A DNA stretch of 64,000 bases from Schmidtea nova (taxonomy: Eukaryota), in contig CM097882.1 in the NCBI GenBank assembly GCA_044892505.1, positions 555,458,001 to 555,522,000 on the forward strand, read 5' to 3'. Below the pieces are notes generated by a model, which was not told where the DNA came from, searched no databases, and saw only the letters and a program-made list of their open reading frames with translations. The position numbers and the translations under genes are program-made. Positions 39,001 to 52,600 of this stretch are shown in pieces. Positions within the stretch are counted from its first letter, which is position 1. Every line of letters starts with the position of its first letter.

Positions 39001-42000
39001 TATGAAAATCGATGAATGGCTCGATAAGTTTGAATTAATATGCAAACTTCACAAGTTCCATGGAAAAAAGGAAATTTTACCTGCTATCATGAAGGAGAAG
39101 GCATTTAACACTTTGAAGGAAGCACAGAAGAACGAAGGTATTAGTTATGAAGAAATTAAAAGATCATCGATACGAGCTTTCAGCGATCCCCCAGAAGCAT
39201 GTTTCTCCAAGTTGTTAAACAAGAGATTCCATATCGGGGACAATATTAACATTCATTTATCAGAAATGAAGAATCTGGCTTTTAACGCTGGAAATCTACT
39301 AATAAACATTGTAATCAACTCCTTGCCAGTAGAAATCGCAGCTGAGGTGAAAGGACAAATATCAACGAAGATCGACGCAATTGGTGATATCATTTCACGA
39401 CTGAATCTAGTGCATGGACATTAGTATGCCTTTGTAGCGAAGATAAAGAAGATACAATGTTTCATTTGTAACGAAAACCATTTTGCCCGTAACTGTCCAA
39501 ACAAAAAAAATCAATATTCCAGATGTGAAATGCTTGGACCACAATCCCGATATTGTAAATCGGGAAAATAAAAAAGGATCGAGAATATTCAGGAGTCTCT
39601 CTCAATCCCAAAAAATATGTTAAAAGAAGGACTCCTTTCCATAAATGGATCAAAACGGCTATGTCTTATAGATTCTGGCTGCTGGACAACGATTATACGC
39701 GGAGAATCCATCACATCACCCAACGCTCAAGTGTTTCTAGCAGATAGATCGATATAAAGCAGAAATAAAGCAGTATAAAGCAGAAATCTTTATCATTGAC
39801 TGTTTCATTTCTAGAAAAATGATAGCGGGATAATGACGTCATATTAGGTATGAATGCCATTATTGTACTAGGAGGCGTGACAATCAGTGAAGATGTCAGA
39901 TTTGGATGTGAATTGAAATGTTTGATGGCTGTAAACGGAAACGAAGCTCAGAGTTTGATAATTCAAAAGAAGAACTTCGAAGCAAAGTTCAACAAAGGAT
40001 GGATGGTATCCTGGAATTGGAACACAGAACCCCCAGTATCAATGTCACATCGATACTCCAAGTTAGATCCAGATAAGCCCAAAGCAGGCCAGGCACTCAA
40101 AGTCATTGAGCAGTGGGTCAAAAACGGATGGTTAGTCGAATATGACGAAAACCGGTTCGGTGAGCCTGTTGGAGCAGTAACTTTATTTCCGGTTATGCAA
40201 AAGAACAAGAGCAAAATACGGTAAGTGTTCGATTTTAGAGCTTTATATCATTATTTAGACGTCTATGGTGGAGAAGCAGTAGTTTGCAATGGAACAATAA
40301 GGGATTGAGAAAGAAGGGAAACAAATAGCGATTTTGGATTTATCTGATGCGTACATGCAAATCCGGATTGATGAGAGTATGTGGAAGTACTAGTCATGCA
40401 TTGTAAACGGAAGGTGATATCTATTGAAAAGACTAGGCTTCGGAATCAATATCGCTCCCGGTATTATGACAGAGATCGTTAATTACGTGTTGGGTTTAAA
40501 TGGCAGAATAAAACAAGGAGCCAATGCATACATAGATGATATTTTTATATACGAAGAAGTTGTCCCAGCTGAAGAAGTAAAAGCCTAGCTAGGTATATTC
40601 AACTTGATGTCGAAAGAAATTGAACGCCCTTCGTCAACAAAAGCTCTAAGAATACTCAGATTATCAGTTCATATTAAGGATAACGTATTAAAATGTAACC
40701 GAGCCAATGTCATCCGGTACGAATTTGAAGAAAAGAGAATGGATAGACGAGAACTGTATTCATTATGCAATCAAATAACCGGAATTCTTCCAGTTGCAGG
40801 TTGGTTGCGACCCGCGTGCTCTTATTTCAAACGATTAAGCGAAGGAGAATGGGACCGGCCAATCCACGTACAATTACTAGACAAAGTTAAATGGTTAAAA
40901 AAGGAGGTTGAAAAGAATGATCCAGCTCATGGTATATGGAAAGCACCAATGGACAGAGGAAATATTTTATGGTGTGATGCCAGCTCTATCGCTATAGGAG
41001 CAGCGTTAGAAATCAACGGAAATATCATGGAAGACGCATGATGTTTGAGAAAGGAGAAGGACTTTAGGCAGATTAACCTGTGCGAACTTGAGGCGATCGC
41101 TAAAAATGCATCAATTTATGCATCAAATGGAATTTAAAGACCGTAAAGATCATGTCAGATAACAACTCCTTGGTAAGTTGGGTGCATAATGTCTTGACAT
41201 CCGATAGAAAGGTCTCAACGAAAGCTTCTTCAGAAATGTTAGTAAAAAGAAGGCTCAACATTATTAAAGAACTTATTATTGAATATGAGATAAAGGATGA
41301 AATAGAATACGTTCCAACAGACAAAAATAAATCCGACATATTAACCAGAATTCCCTTATATTGGATTACGAAGCATACGTAACACGGCATTACCAGGCCC
41401 GGGTGAAAATCTCATCAAGAACACAGTTTAAATACACAAATTAAGCCATTTCGAAGGAGACCGGTTGAGGTTCTTCGCCGAGGAAGCAGGATTTAATATT
41501 TCTCAAAATGAGTTAAAAGTGATTGCCGAGAAGTGTGACAAATGTCAATCAATAGACCCTCATCCGGTTAAGATCAGCAAAGGGCAATTAGAGGTAAAAG
41601 ATTCTTGTAAACGATTAGCAATCGATGTGACGAAATTACACCAAAGAAAGTTTTTAACAATCATAGATTGCGGGCCTCCTCGATTTGCGATTTGGCGAGA
41701 AATACGAAACGAAAGCGCAGACGAAATTTGCAAGCAGTTGAAACAGGTATTTTATGAAAGAGGGCCTCCTGACGAGATTCTGTTGGACAATTACTTATCG
41801 TTTAAGTCAGAAACTTTCACTTCTCTAATGAAAAAGTGGAGAATTAGAACTGAATTCAGATCCGCTAATAGACCAGCAGGCAATGGCATTATTGAGAGGA
41901 ACCATAAAACAATAAAAGCAGCAGTCACGCGAACGGAATGCTCAGTGCAAGAAGCAATTTACTGGTACAATAATACACCAGTATGTGGTTCTTTCAGACC

Positions 42001-45000
42001 CCCAATAAAAGGCATTTACACTTATGACCTAAGACTTCGATTTAATTAAACAAACAAAACGGCTCAACAAATAGACAATGGCTTTCAGGTTAACGACAAG
42101 GTGTGGGTGAAACCCGCGCAAAATCAACCATGTACATCTTCCTGGATGAGAGGAAGAATCCTGAAGTTGCTGTCTCCGCATATAGCGATCGTCGATTATT
42201 GAACCGTGGCAATGCCACGTCATGTAGCTAACCTAAGACACAGGAATGAAGATTTGTCAGAATCTCGGGGAGATGTATAAAGAATAATCTAAAATAATGA
42301 TTATTAAAGAAAAGAAAGTTGTTTAAATAAGTAGATTTATTGGAGGAATAAAGATTTGAATTATCTTATTATCACAGTAATAATTTAATCTTAATCTTCT
42401 ATAAAATTAGAACATCTTTAATTTCTTATTTATTTCCATTTAAGTAACTTATTTACTTTTCATAATTTAGGTTTTTGTTAGATGCAAATAAATCATTTAC
42501 TTTCATTTTTTTCAAATCAAAGAATTTCTTTTCTATTTAGCACAAATTTTTGGCACTGACTTTTTAAATGTTATTTGAAAAAAACAGGACTTTCAAAATT
42601 TAATCTATTTTCTGTAAAAATTCAAAATAAACGAAATTGTAAAAAAAATCAAAAAGGAAAAAGATTAAAATTTTTAATGAAAATAGATCAATAAATTCTT
42701 AAGAATAACCAAAATTTTAGACAATCTTTATAGCATTTAATTTGAATTTACTTTAAAAAAAGTTAAACTCAAATTTCCGTTTATAGATTATCAAACAAAA
42801 GTTCAATAAAATTTTCACTTTTTTCACTTTTGCTCTTTTTTATTTCAATTATTATCATATTTTCAGACAATAAATAAAAAATATTTTCTCCAGTTCAATA
42901 CAAAATTTTAACATGGTCTATTTCCAATATTATTTATAAAAGGTAGTACCGAAAATTTGTATTGGATAGAAGAAAAACCTTTTTTGATCAATTATATGAA
43001 AAAATGATAATAATTGAAATTGATAAAATACCAAAGGAAAAGAAGATTAAATATTAATATTATATTTAAATCCGCAATATGACAGCTTAGTGTAAGTTAC
43101 AATTTGAGTTTAAACCGTAAGCGGCCCAAAGAAAAACTAGAGAGTAAACCTAATTTCTTGACACCATTACCATTGGATAAATTCTATAAATGACGTTTTA
43201 ATTAAATTTTAAATTAAATTTTTTTAAATTTTTTAAATTATTTAAATTTAAATTAAATTTTTTTAAATAACGTTTTGATTAAATTTTAAAATTTTTTGTT
43301 TTGCTTAAATATTATTGTGAATTTGTTAGTTTGGGTAAAAATTTGAAATTAATAATTCTTGAATAATTCTTATTTGTTATTTTAAATTTAAATTTGATAA
43401 ATGTCTTCTGATCCTGAAAATTTAAATATTTATTTGACGATGATAATTTTGGATATTGGGCTACTCGCTCATTTGGTTATTGAAGATTGGAATAAAAACG
43501 TATCAAACGATATTTTTGTTGACGAATTTATATACAGACATATGAGATTCGTAGTAAAGAATTAGATGCATTAGAGCCTCATTACCCAACCTGTGGTCCT
43601 CAGAGCTGATTTGTGCGGACCTTGAGGCATTAGAGAAATTTTGTTAATTAAGATACAAGTTTTATGTAAATTTCTTAATACAACAACATTCTTCTTTGAA
43701 ATATAATAATAAATTATAGAAGAGAAGTATAGCTTATATAAGCTATTTTTAAACAATGCTCTTCAGATCTTTCCGACGTTAATTATATTTTTTATAAAAA
43801 TCGAAAGTAGCGGTCCGCGGCGACGACATACTTCATCCAAAAGGTCCGCGGCTACAAGGAAGTTGGGAAGCACTGCATTAGAGGACTTATTTATCCATCA
43901 TGGAGTTCCAAATTTATCTGAAAAGGCAATAGTAATTGATGCTTAGGAATGAAGAAATAATGATGACGATGTCTGAATTGTATATCTTACGTCTAAGCGT
44001 AAAAGTTCACTGATATCTATGGAAATTAATATCAGTAGATCTAGCAATCAAACCATTTTGAAAAAGCTGGAAATCTGTTCACATATTTTATGTTAGATAT
44101 TAAAACAACTTTTATCTATAATTTTATTAAAAGTAAAAAAATATTGACTTACTTTAATGTTTCTCCCACTAGTTTCGTGATTTCTGGCTCCAATTCCGAT
44201 TTGAATTTGATTGCCTTAATGATCTCATTTGACTCGAGCTTCTTTTCGTTTTCAACTGTCATTTCCGGCCGTTGCTCATTTTCTTTGTCGGAAATTATTG
44301 TAAATTCCTCTTCCAGTTCCTGATTTTCCACAAATACCATTTCCGACTCAATATTTTCAACACTGTCAAAAGTGTTATCAGCATCTTTGTTGATTAATTC
44401 AAAGTTTTCGTTCGAGGTTTCCATTGCGTCCGTTTTGTCCACAATTTCCGTTTCCGATTCGATTGATTTTTCCGTACTTAATTCTACAGTTTCCTGAGAA
44501 ACTTTCATGATTTCATCTGATAGCCTTTCACGGTCAAGGTTTTCTTTAACACTAAGCTTGGCGACAGATTGAGCTTTTCCGTGAACATTCGACGCTACAC
44601 ATCTATACAATCCATCATCATCGGGGAATACTTCCTTTATTATTAGAGTTGCCAATTTCTGATCTTGATCGAATTGAATTTTGAAGTCTTCAGCATGAGT
44701 GACATTTTCTTCATCGTGATACCACGTAATTGATAAAGGCATTTGACCATCGACTTGACATGACAATTCTGCAGTTTGGCCGTCGACAACTTCAATATCC
44801 GACAAGTGTGAAACAATAATCGGTTTGATCTGATCAGCTACTCTAACGCTTTCCGTTGGCTGGATCATTTTCTCTATTAAATCTTTTCGCGGTGAGCAAA
44901 TATTTGCAATTGAAACTGCTGCCAAAGTTGGTTTATTTTCCAACGACTCAACCGATACTTCCACACGAACTTCCTTATCGTTTTCAAATTCCTGCAAAAC

Positions 45001-48000
45001 CAGTTGACTTTTGTTGATATAATTTATAATGCCGACATTCTCATTCGATTCAACTTTCTTCCCGTCAATGATCCAGTCAATGTGAGCCGGTAAGTAACTA
45101 GTCACCCAACACTCCAGCATTGTTGCATGGTTTTCCGGTACATGGATAAATTTGTCCAAAGATCTCACGAAAGATACCGATGTTAAATGATCATCGGCTT
45201 TGTCTTCGTCAACTTCCGGTTGAATTGCAATTTCAGAAATACTACTAATAGTCATCTGAGGATAGCAGGCTTCCACTTTGATTTCTTTGACCGATTCTAA
45301 CAATGGTCCGGCGACGGTTAATTGAGACTGGTTTTCTTTGGATTCCACAGTGACTTTATTGTTTCTCACCAAATCTTTATCATCGGCGTACCATTTGAAT
45401 TCAACGGTTTCATTGCACTCTTCCACTTTACATTCAAATGTTTGTAGGACATCTTTTAACAAAAGCGTTTTCTTCGGTAGTCCTTTGGTGAAATGTGGAT
45501 TGGATTGTAGAGTTTCTTGATAGGAAGGTCTAATAACTATGTCACATGAGGATTTGATTGTCTCGGTTTCGGTGTTAACTTCAACTTGAATTGTTGAATT
45601 GTTAATTAAGTCAGTGTTGTGAATGACCAATTCTGATCGGAACAGATCAGGATTTGTAAGAATTTCAATTTCAAATGGCTTATTGAAAAGTTTCTCTTCA
45701 TTTCTGTACCAATTCACTTTTATTGGTTGATCTGTAGGTGCGATTTCACATTCAAATACGACAACAGAATCCTTTTCGATTGTTTGTTTTACTGGTAAAG
45801 GTTTTGTGAATGCTAAACTCTCGGATTGCTTAAGTGACGGTTGAGTGATTTTGTTTTGATGAAGAGGAATCAAATCAATTTTCGTAGACGTCAAAATTCG
45901 TTTACCAGTATCGGTAACCGCTTCACATGTGTATATTGCTATATCATTACTGTCTAAGAGGTCCACGATTAATTCTGAATGAAATTGGTCCGGAATCTCA
46001 ATGTGATACTTATCATTGGATTCGATTTCTACCCCATTGACATACCATTTGAATATGACAGGTTCTTCTGATTGCAGTTCTACACTCAATTCAGCTTGTT
46101 CTTTTGGTTTGTAGACTTGTTGAGGCTTCAACGGTTTAATGAAGATCGGCGATGTTTCATTCTTAACAAAGTTCGTTTCTTCAACTTCAAACGGTATCAT
46201 TTCCAATATGCACGTTGAGACGAGTTTACCGAATTGACTGTCAACCTCAACACTAATTTCTCCCAAATGGTTTTCATTGATCTCTTGGATGAATAACTGA
46301 GAATAGAACTGGCCCATAGTTAGTTCATAGGTCTTTTCTGTTGATTTTAAACGAATTCCATTTACATACCAAGTAAAGGAAACCGGCTCGTCTATCGGTT
46401 GAATCTCACAGAGCATTTTAAGAGATTCCTTTAATTTGACATTTAATTTCTCAGGAAGCGATTTCTTGAATTCGAGAACGACAGGTTTGTCATATTTTAA
46501 CGTTGTCCGGGTCATGGCCACTCCGACATCGTTATCTGCACGCAAAATGTAATCTCCACAATCCGACTCGTTAGGGTTGCTGATTGTCAATGCAGCAAAA
46601 CCTTCTTCTTCCTCATCAATCGTATACTTTTTACTAGGGTTGATAATTTGCCCATTAAAATACCAGATGAGGTTCGGTTTTGGAGATCCGACTACTTGGC
46701 AAGTTAATCTAAAAGAACAAAGATTTATTATTGAAATACAATTGAAAAATTTGCAAAGTTCTTCGTTTAATAAATAAAAACTAGCAATCTTGAAAATTAT
46801 TTTATATATCAACCACTTTTAAAATAAATATTGTTTAATAAAGAAAATTATATCTTAAATTATTTTAACCCTCAATTAGTTTCATGTGGTCAATGTGACC
46901 CCCGGCTATTGGATAGCGGTTGCCTCTGCCAAAAGACATAGTCCCATGACCAACGTTCCTTCTAAGCTGAGCGGCTGAGCGGCCGCTCACCTAAAATTAT
47001 ATTTCTACCCAGCCAAAGTGATTTTCCGCACACCTGAAATTTTTTCAATTTTTTTTCTCCAAATTTTTAGAACTTTTTACTTTTTGTTCTTTGAAAATCA
47101 GATTTTGCGATTGCGAATTTGGGAATTTTTTCTGGGAATTTCATTTTATACAGTGAAGTTGGCAATGCTGTGAGTTTATTGCCAAATATTTTCCAGTTTG
47201 AAAGTTATAAAAAATATTTTCAAAAAATTTGGCAGTTTTTCTTTTACTAACAAATAATTGCCCACATAAATTTTCTGCCGCTCATGTTGTGAAAAAATAG
47301 ATGGAACGTTACCAATGACCCACGCCACTAGTTAGGGAAGTTAAATTTCGCAGCTAATTGAGGGTTTAAATATTAAGAATTTTTATAGGACAAAAAATTA
47401 GAAGTACTTGGAACTACTGGTTGACTTTCTGGGAATACAACAGAAGGCGGCGTATATCTTATATAAAAGCAATATTAATATAACGCAGACCGACAAGCAA
47501 TTATCTAGTTATAGGCATTTAAGTCCAGTCTATAACATGTTATACGTTCGCAAATTATCCCAAATGAAGGAGAAATAAATAATGTTTTATCACAGCATAA
47601 TTGTCTAAATTTAGGCAGATATGTAGAGCCATGCCTTCTCTACGAACTAGTTTCAGTGATTTTACAATTTTATAAACTCATTTTTGTAGAAACTGGAATT
47701 ATTGCTGTCCAAGAAATACCGACGTTTTTCTTTCAAATTTCCATCTTCTAATCTTCTTCCTATTTGATCCATAGTGCATCTGCAACTTTATTACTAAAAG
47801 GCAATACACGAGTCTATCGTAAAAAGTAAATATTCGTTTTGTCCACCAAAAGGAGCAATGGCGAAAATGTAGTAAAAAATGTGGAAAATAATTTATCTTT
47901 TTAACTTTCTTTTGTAATCGTTTATATAACCCCGGCCAAAACTAACCGGAGACCAAAAGAAAATCAGTTTATGAATACCTAAAACATATTAAACCTACTA

Positions 48001-49579
48001 CCTCTCCATATTAAGGATATGAGAACGTTCAGGTGACATATATATATACGTGTGTGTGTTTGCAATGGTTTACGGCATGTTAAAATCCTTGTGATTATAC
48101 CGGTGATGACTGTATGTGCCGATTTTAACATATTTTTCTCTATTTAAAGTGAAATAAATCAGAAGGGTCGGCTAATAAAATGTGCAGTATTAAAAGTTAC
48201 GACAAGATGTATGTGCTCTCACACCCTTCCAAACACTAATAAACTTGAACATTGCAAGGACAAAGAGCAGAGCGATAGACAGTCAGTGACTGTCATTCTG
48301 TTGTGACTTGCGACTCATGAACGTGTTGAATTTGTATTTCTAGTGTGTATTTTTATATTAAAGCATAATTTTGGAAATATAGGGTAAATTATATTAAAAA
48401 TTGTGAGGTATGTAGTTATTTTTGGCAGGAGTTGCATTTAAAATTAAAATTTAAGATGTCAATTTTAAAATCTTACACAGTCGATATTGTATCAGGACAT
48501 ATTGGTAACTTTTCGGGAAGTTGCTTCAATATTTTTGGCGCCTTCATTTCGATATCCTCAATTACCGTAACAGAACTTCTTGTTGAAGACGTATAGTCAT
48601 CTAAAAAAATTCGAAAGGAATTATTTCCAAAGACACTTTTAAAAAGCAATACTTGTTACAACCAAATCAGTTTCACATTGAACGGTGCCATTTGGATTGT
48701 TTGCGATAACAATATATTTCCCAGAATCATCTTGGAATAGTTCTTTGATATAGAGAGTGTGGACATTGCCGTCATGAAAAAGCTTTAGAAGACATCATAA
48801 TATATGGACACCGAAATACATTGTATTACTTGATAATCGGGCATATTGTCGATCAGAACTCCATTTCTATACCATTCAAGTTTTGGATTTGGATTACCCA
48901 TCACGTCGACTAATAGTTTGCACGGTTCTCCTTCTTTGGCAGTCATATTTGGCTCGAGGGATCGAATAAATTTCGGCGCTTCGGTTTTTGGAAGTTTTTT
49001 CGGTACATCGATTGTCAATGATGTGCTAAATTGAGCTTCACCGACACTGTTAATGGCTTTGATTGTATATGTTCCGGCATCGGTCTCATTCACCGAATGG
49101 ATAATGAGCTTCGTATATTCATTGTTTTCGTAGATTAAAGACACTTTTTCCGATTCCTCAATGGATATGTCATTGTGATACCAACTGACTTCCGGCACTA
49201 AATATTAATTTGGCTTTAATTATTCTCAAAACATTTCTGCTGTAACGCAAAAATAAATGTTTAGGGGTCTGACAAGTCTCAAAAGCATACAGTGAGTTTG
49301 GTGAAATTTCGAAGAAGTACCTCGTTTTTGCTTTATAAGTCGCGGCTTATTAGTCCATATGACAGTTTTCAAATGACGCCACTTCGATAATTAATAGTAT
49401 TTAAGTACAAATTTTTCACAATACATTATGCGGCTTTTTCGAGGTAGTGAAAACGTTTTTTTGTAAAAATATCAGTTAGTAGAGTGCGTCTTAAGAGAAA
49501 GGTCCAATTTAGACTTTGATCCTAGCAGCCGGGTTATTAATTTTGAACTTCATTTTGTCTAACTGGAAATAGTTTAAGT

Positions 49580-49650
<71 letters not shown>

Positions 49651-52600
49651 TATGGATAATAAATAGTTAATTTTTTAACACAATTAGTAACTCTCTGGAA
49701 ATGTTTTTTCATTGTCCTTTTGACTTCATTGTTAAGTACTGAACAATACCATTCTGAGTTCATAGATTGGCCGACCTCCAAAATTCTTAGTTCACTTATC
49801 CCTTTACAGCTGAAGCATCCCCGCGCAATTAAATGTAAGCTATGTTTTACAGTGGGACATAAAAATTATGGCAAATCTCTGTCACATGAATGAAACTTTA
49901 AACGAGTTCTAATCAATAAGTGCATATACTTAATTCAGATAAACAAATGTTGTTGAAAAAATGCAGATGTCCTTATGTTTTTGTCTGTACTTGTATATAT
50001 TTGATCAAAGTGATACAAAGTTGTGATATTCAATGCAGAGTAAGGCAGGAGTGGCCAGCATTTTGTGGCCTGGTCATAAAGTCACTGGTCTCAATTTAGG
50101 TTGGAATCGAGTTTTTAACATGGTACTGACGATAGTCAAGCAATATCGAAACTAATCTACCTTCAACATTTTCATCTAATATCACATTAAAAACACTTTA
50201 TAGTAATATTGTAAATTAAATTTTAATTTCTCAAAAAGACTTACCAGGATATCCAATAACTCTGGCTTCAAAAATTGCTTTTTTATTCAAACTAACTTTG
50301 ACACTCTTTGGTTCTTGAATTATTCTTGGACTCTGTGACGATTGAGGCACACTATCAGCGCTTTCTGGTGCCACTTAAAGTAAACAGAAATAAATTAGAA
50401 AAAATTCTAAATAAAATTGTACTTGTAACAGAAAGATGAATTGTAGACTTAACGCTACCAAATGGATTCCTAGCAATCAAGTTATATTCACCTGTATCAT
50501 CTGTAAAGGTCTCATGGATGTACAATGAGACAACATTTCCATCTCGGAATAACTATAAATTTTTTTATAAATTAACAATTGCCAAAATTTAAAATAAATT
50601 ACTTTGTAATCGGGATTCTTTTCTATCACTATTCCGTTTTTATACCATTCGACTACTGGGGTCGGGTAACCATCAACTTCAGCGAGCAATTTCACAGAAT
50701 CTCCTTCTTTCACTTGAATGGATTTTTCTAACTCTCTCACGAACCTCGGTGGATAAGAGGTCTTTGTTTCATCCAATGATATTATAGCCGCACAAGAATC
50801 TTCTCCTGCATTATTTGAGATTTTAAACTTATAAACTCCAGCGTTTGTATTCTTCATTTTTTCAATGGATAAAGTGTGAATATTTAGTTTCGATGAAATG
50901 TTCAAAGCGTTGTTTGGTTTCAGTTCTTGATCATTAAGGAACCATTTTGTTGAATAATCTGAACCAATTCAATATTTAAATCCTTAGGACTCAGAAATGG
51001 ATAAAATTGTTTGCCAATTTCTTTGAAAAATCAAACTGTTTTTTAGAAAGATAATTTTACAAAAATTCATAATATCAGTAACAATTAACGCGGCAGTGCC
51101 AAAAATTTGTATTGAATAAGAGAAAAAAATAATTTTCATCGATTATTTGAAAAGAAAAATAACTAAGTCTTTTATCTACCAACAATTGACAAAGGTAGTT
51201 ATTATTTACCATATCTTTTACATTTTTTGAAAATTAAATGAATAGCATGGCTCCTGTGGCCGTCATCATTAGTCAACAGTACTAAACTGTCCTTAATCTC
51301 TTATAGCAGTGATAAGCAACCTCAACTTTCCCTGGCGTAACAAAAAGTCAAATACCTGGTTGGCCCACATAAAAAATTTGTATTTTTTTTCTTTTTAGTA
51401 TTGACGAAATCGCATTTAGTTTCTGTTATCTATGTTTATTTTAATTTTTTATCATAAAAAATTTACACTTATAACATATTTTTTAACTGTAATGTAAAGA
51501 TATTTGAAATAGTGACATCGCATCACATATATCACAGTGGCTGAATGCTAGGAACACAAGAAAGTATTCCAGAAACATAATGATTTATAAATCGGGAGAA
51601 TGGAACTGAAACTACAGCACAAAGTATGTGAAATATCGGCAGAGACGGCAGCAATTATTATTTGATGTAACACTGTTTTGTTGCCGATCAATACCGATAT
51701 ACCGGTGCCAAAAAAGAACATGAGATGACCACACGTATGCCTTGGGCCGCGGGTTGCTCATAAATGTTCTATAAGAAAAAGATAATGGTACAACAATATT
51801 ATGACTCAATAAATCAAATAAATATTCTTATTACATTTGTTATTGATTGAATAATTAATATAGACAATTGGCAATTTATTATCAATACTTCACAAAAATT
51901 TTATTATTAGGAAAATATTTTTGTGACTGAAGCAAAGTGTCAATCCACTTTGCTAAATATCCGAATAACAACAAATTTATGTGTGTTCTTATTTGACTTA
52001 TTGAATAATAATACTATTTCATTATTGCCTTTAATTTTATCTATACCTTTATTAGGCAAAAATAATTTAATCCATGACTGACTAGGATGACCATGTCGTT
52101 AAAATGTATTCCTTTTTAATTTAAATTTTTTATTTAAATTGGCTTGTTGTTTGCCTCCAAATATTGCAATCGATTTTTCGTCCACTTTCGATTATCCAAN
52201 NNNNNNNNNNNNNNNNNNNNNNNNNNNNNNNNNNNNNNNNNNNNNNNNNNNNNNNNNNNNNNNNNNNNNNNNNNNNNNNNNNNNNNNNNNNNNNNNNNNN
52301 NNNNNNNNNNNNNNNNNNNNNNNNNNNNNNNNNNNNNNNNNNNNNNNNNNNNNNNNNNNNNNNNNNNNNNNNNNNNNNNTTCTGTGTATAATCCAAAAAT
52401 TAGCCCCCGCTGATGGTGATACAGTCTACTGCGAAATATGAAATTATGTGAATATTGAACATTTATTTTTTAATATAAGGCTATTGATTTGGTTTTCTGG
52501 TATAATAATAATTTTCATTTAATAGTAATTAAAAAATTGATACAAATATTTAAAAAATTTGATAAAATAAAATAAATTTATTTAAGAGAAATCTATAAAA

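Larger units (their letters stand above)
38834..42376 (+). mobile_element. Ty3/Gypsy LTR retrotransposon, full-length but degraded (3,543 bp)
   Basis: TG...CA LTRs at 38834-38939 and 42274-42376. TSD ATAAT/GTAAT (1 mismatch). Polypurine tract GGGGAGA at 42267-42273. Domain order gag-PR-RT-RNase H-integrase. Confidence 0.92.

Noticed and set aside
49509-49781. 90-aa ORF with YIYIYI run
   Set aside because: A Tc1 fragment reading into the (AT)n microsatellite.
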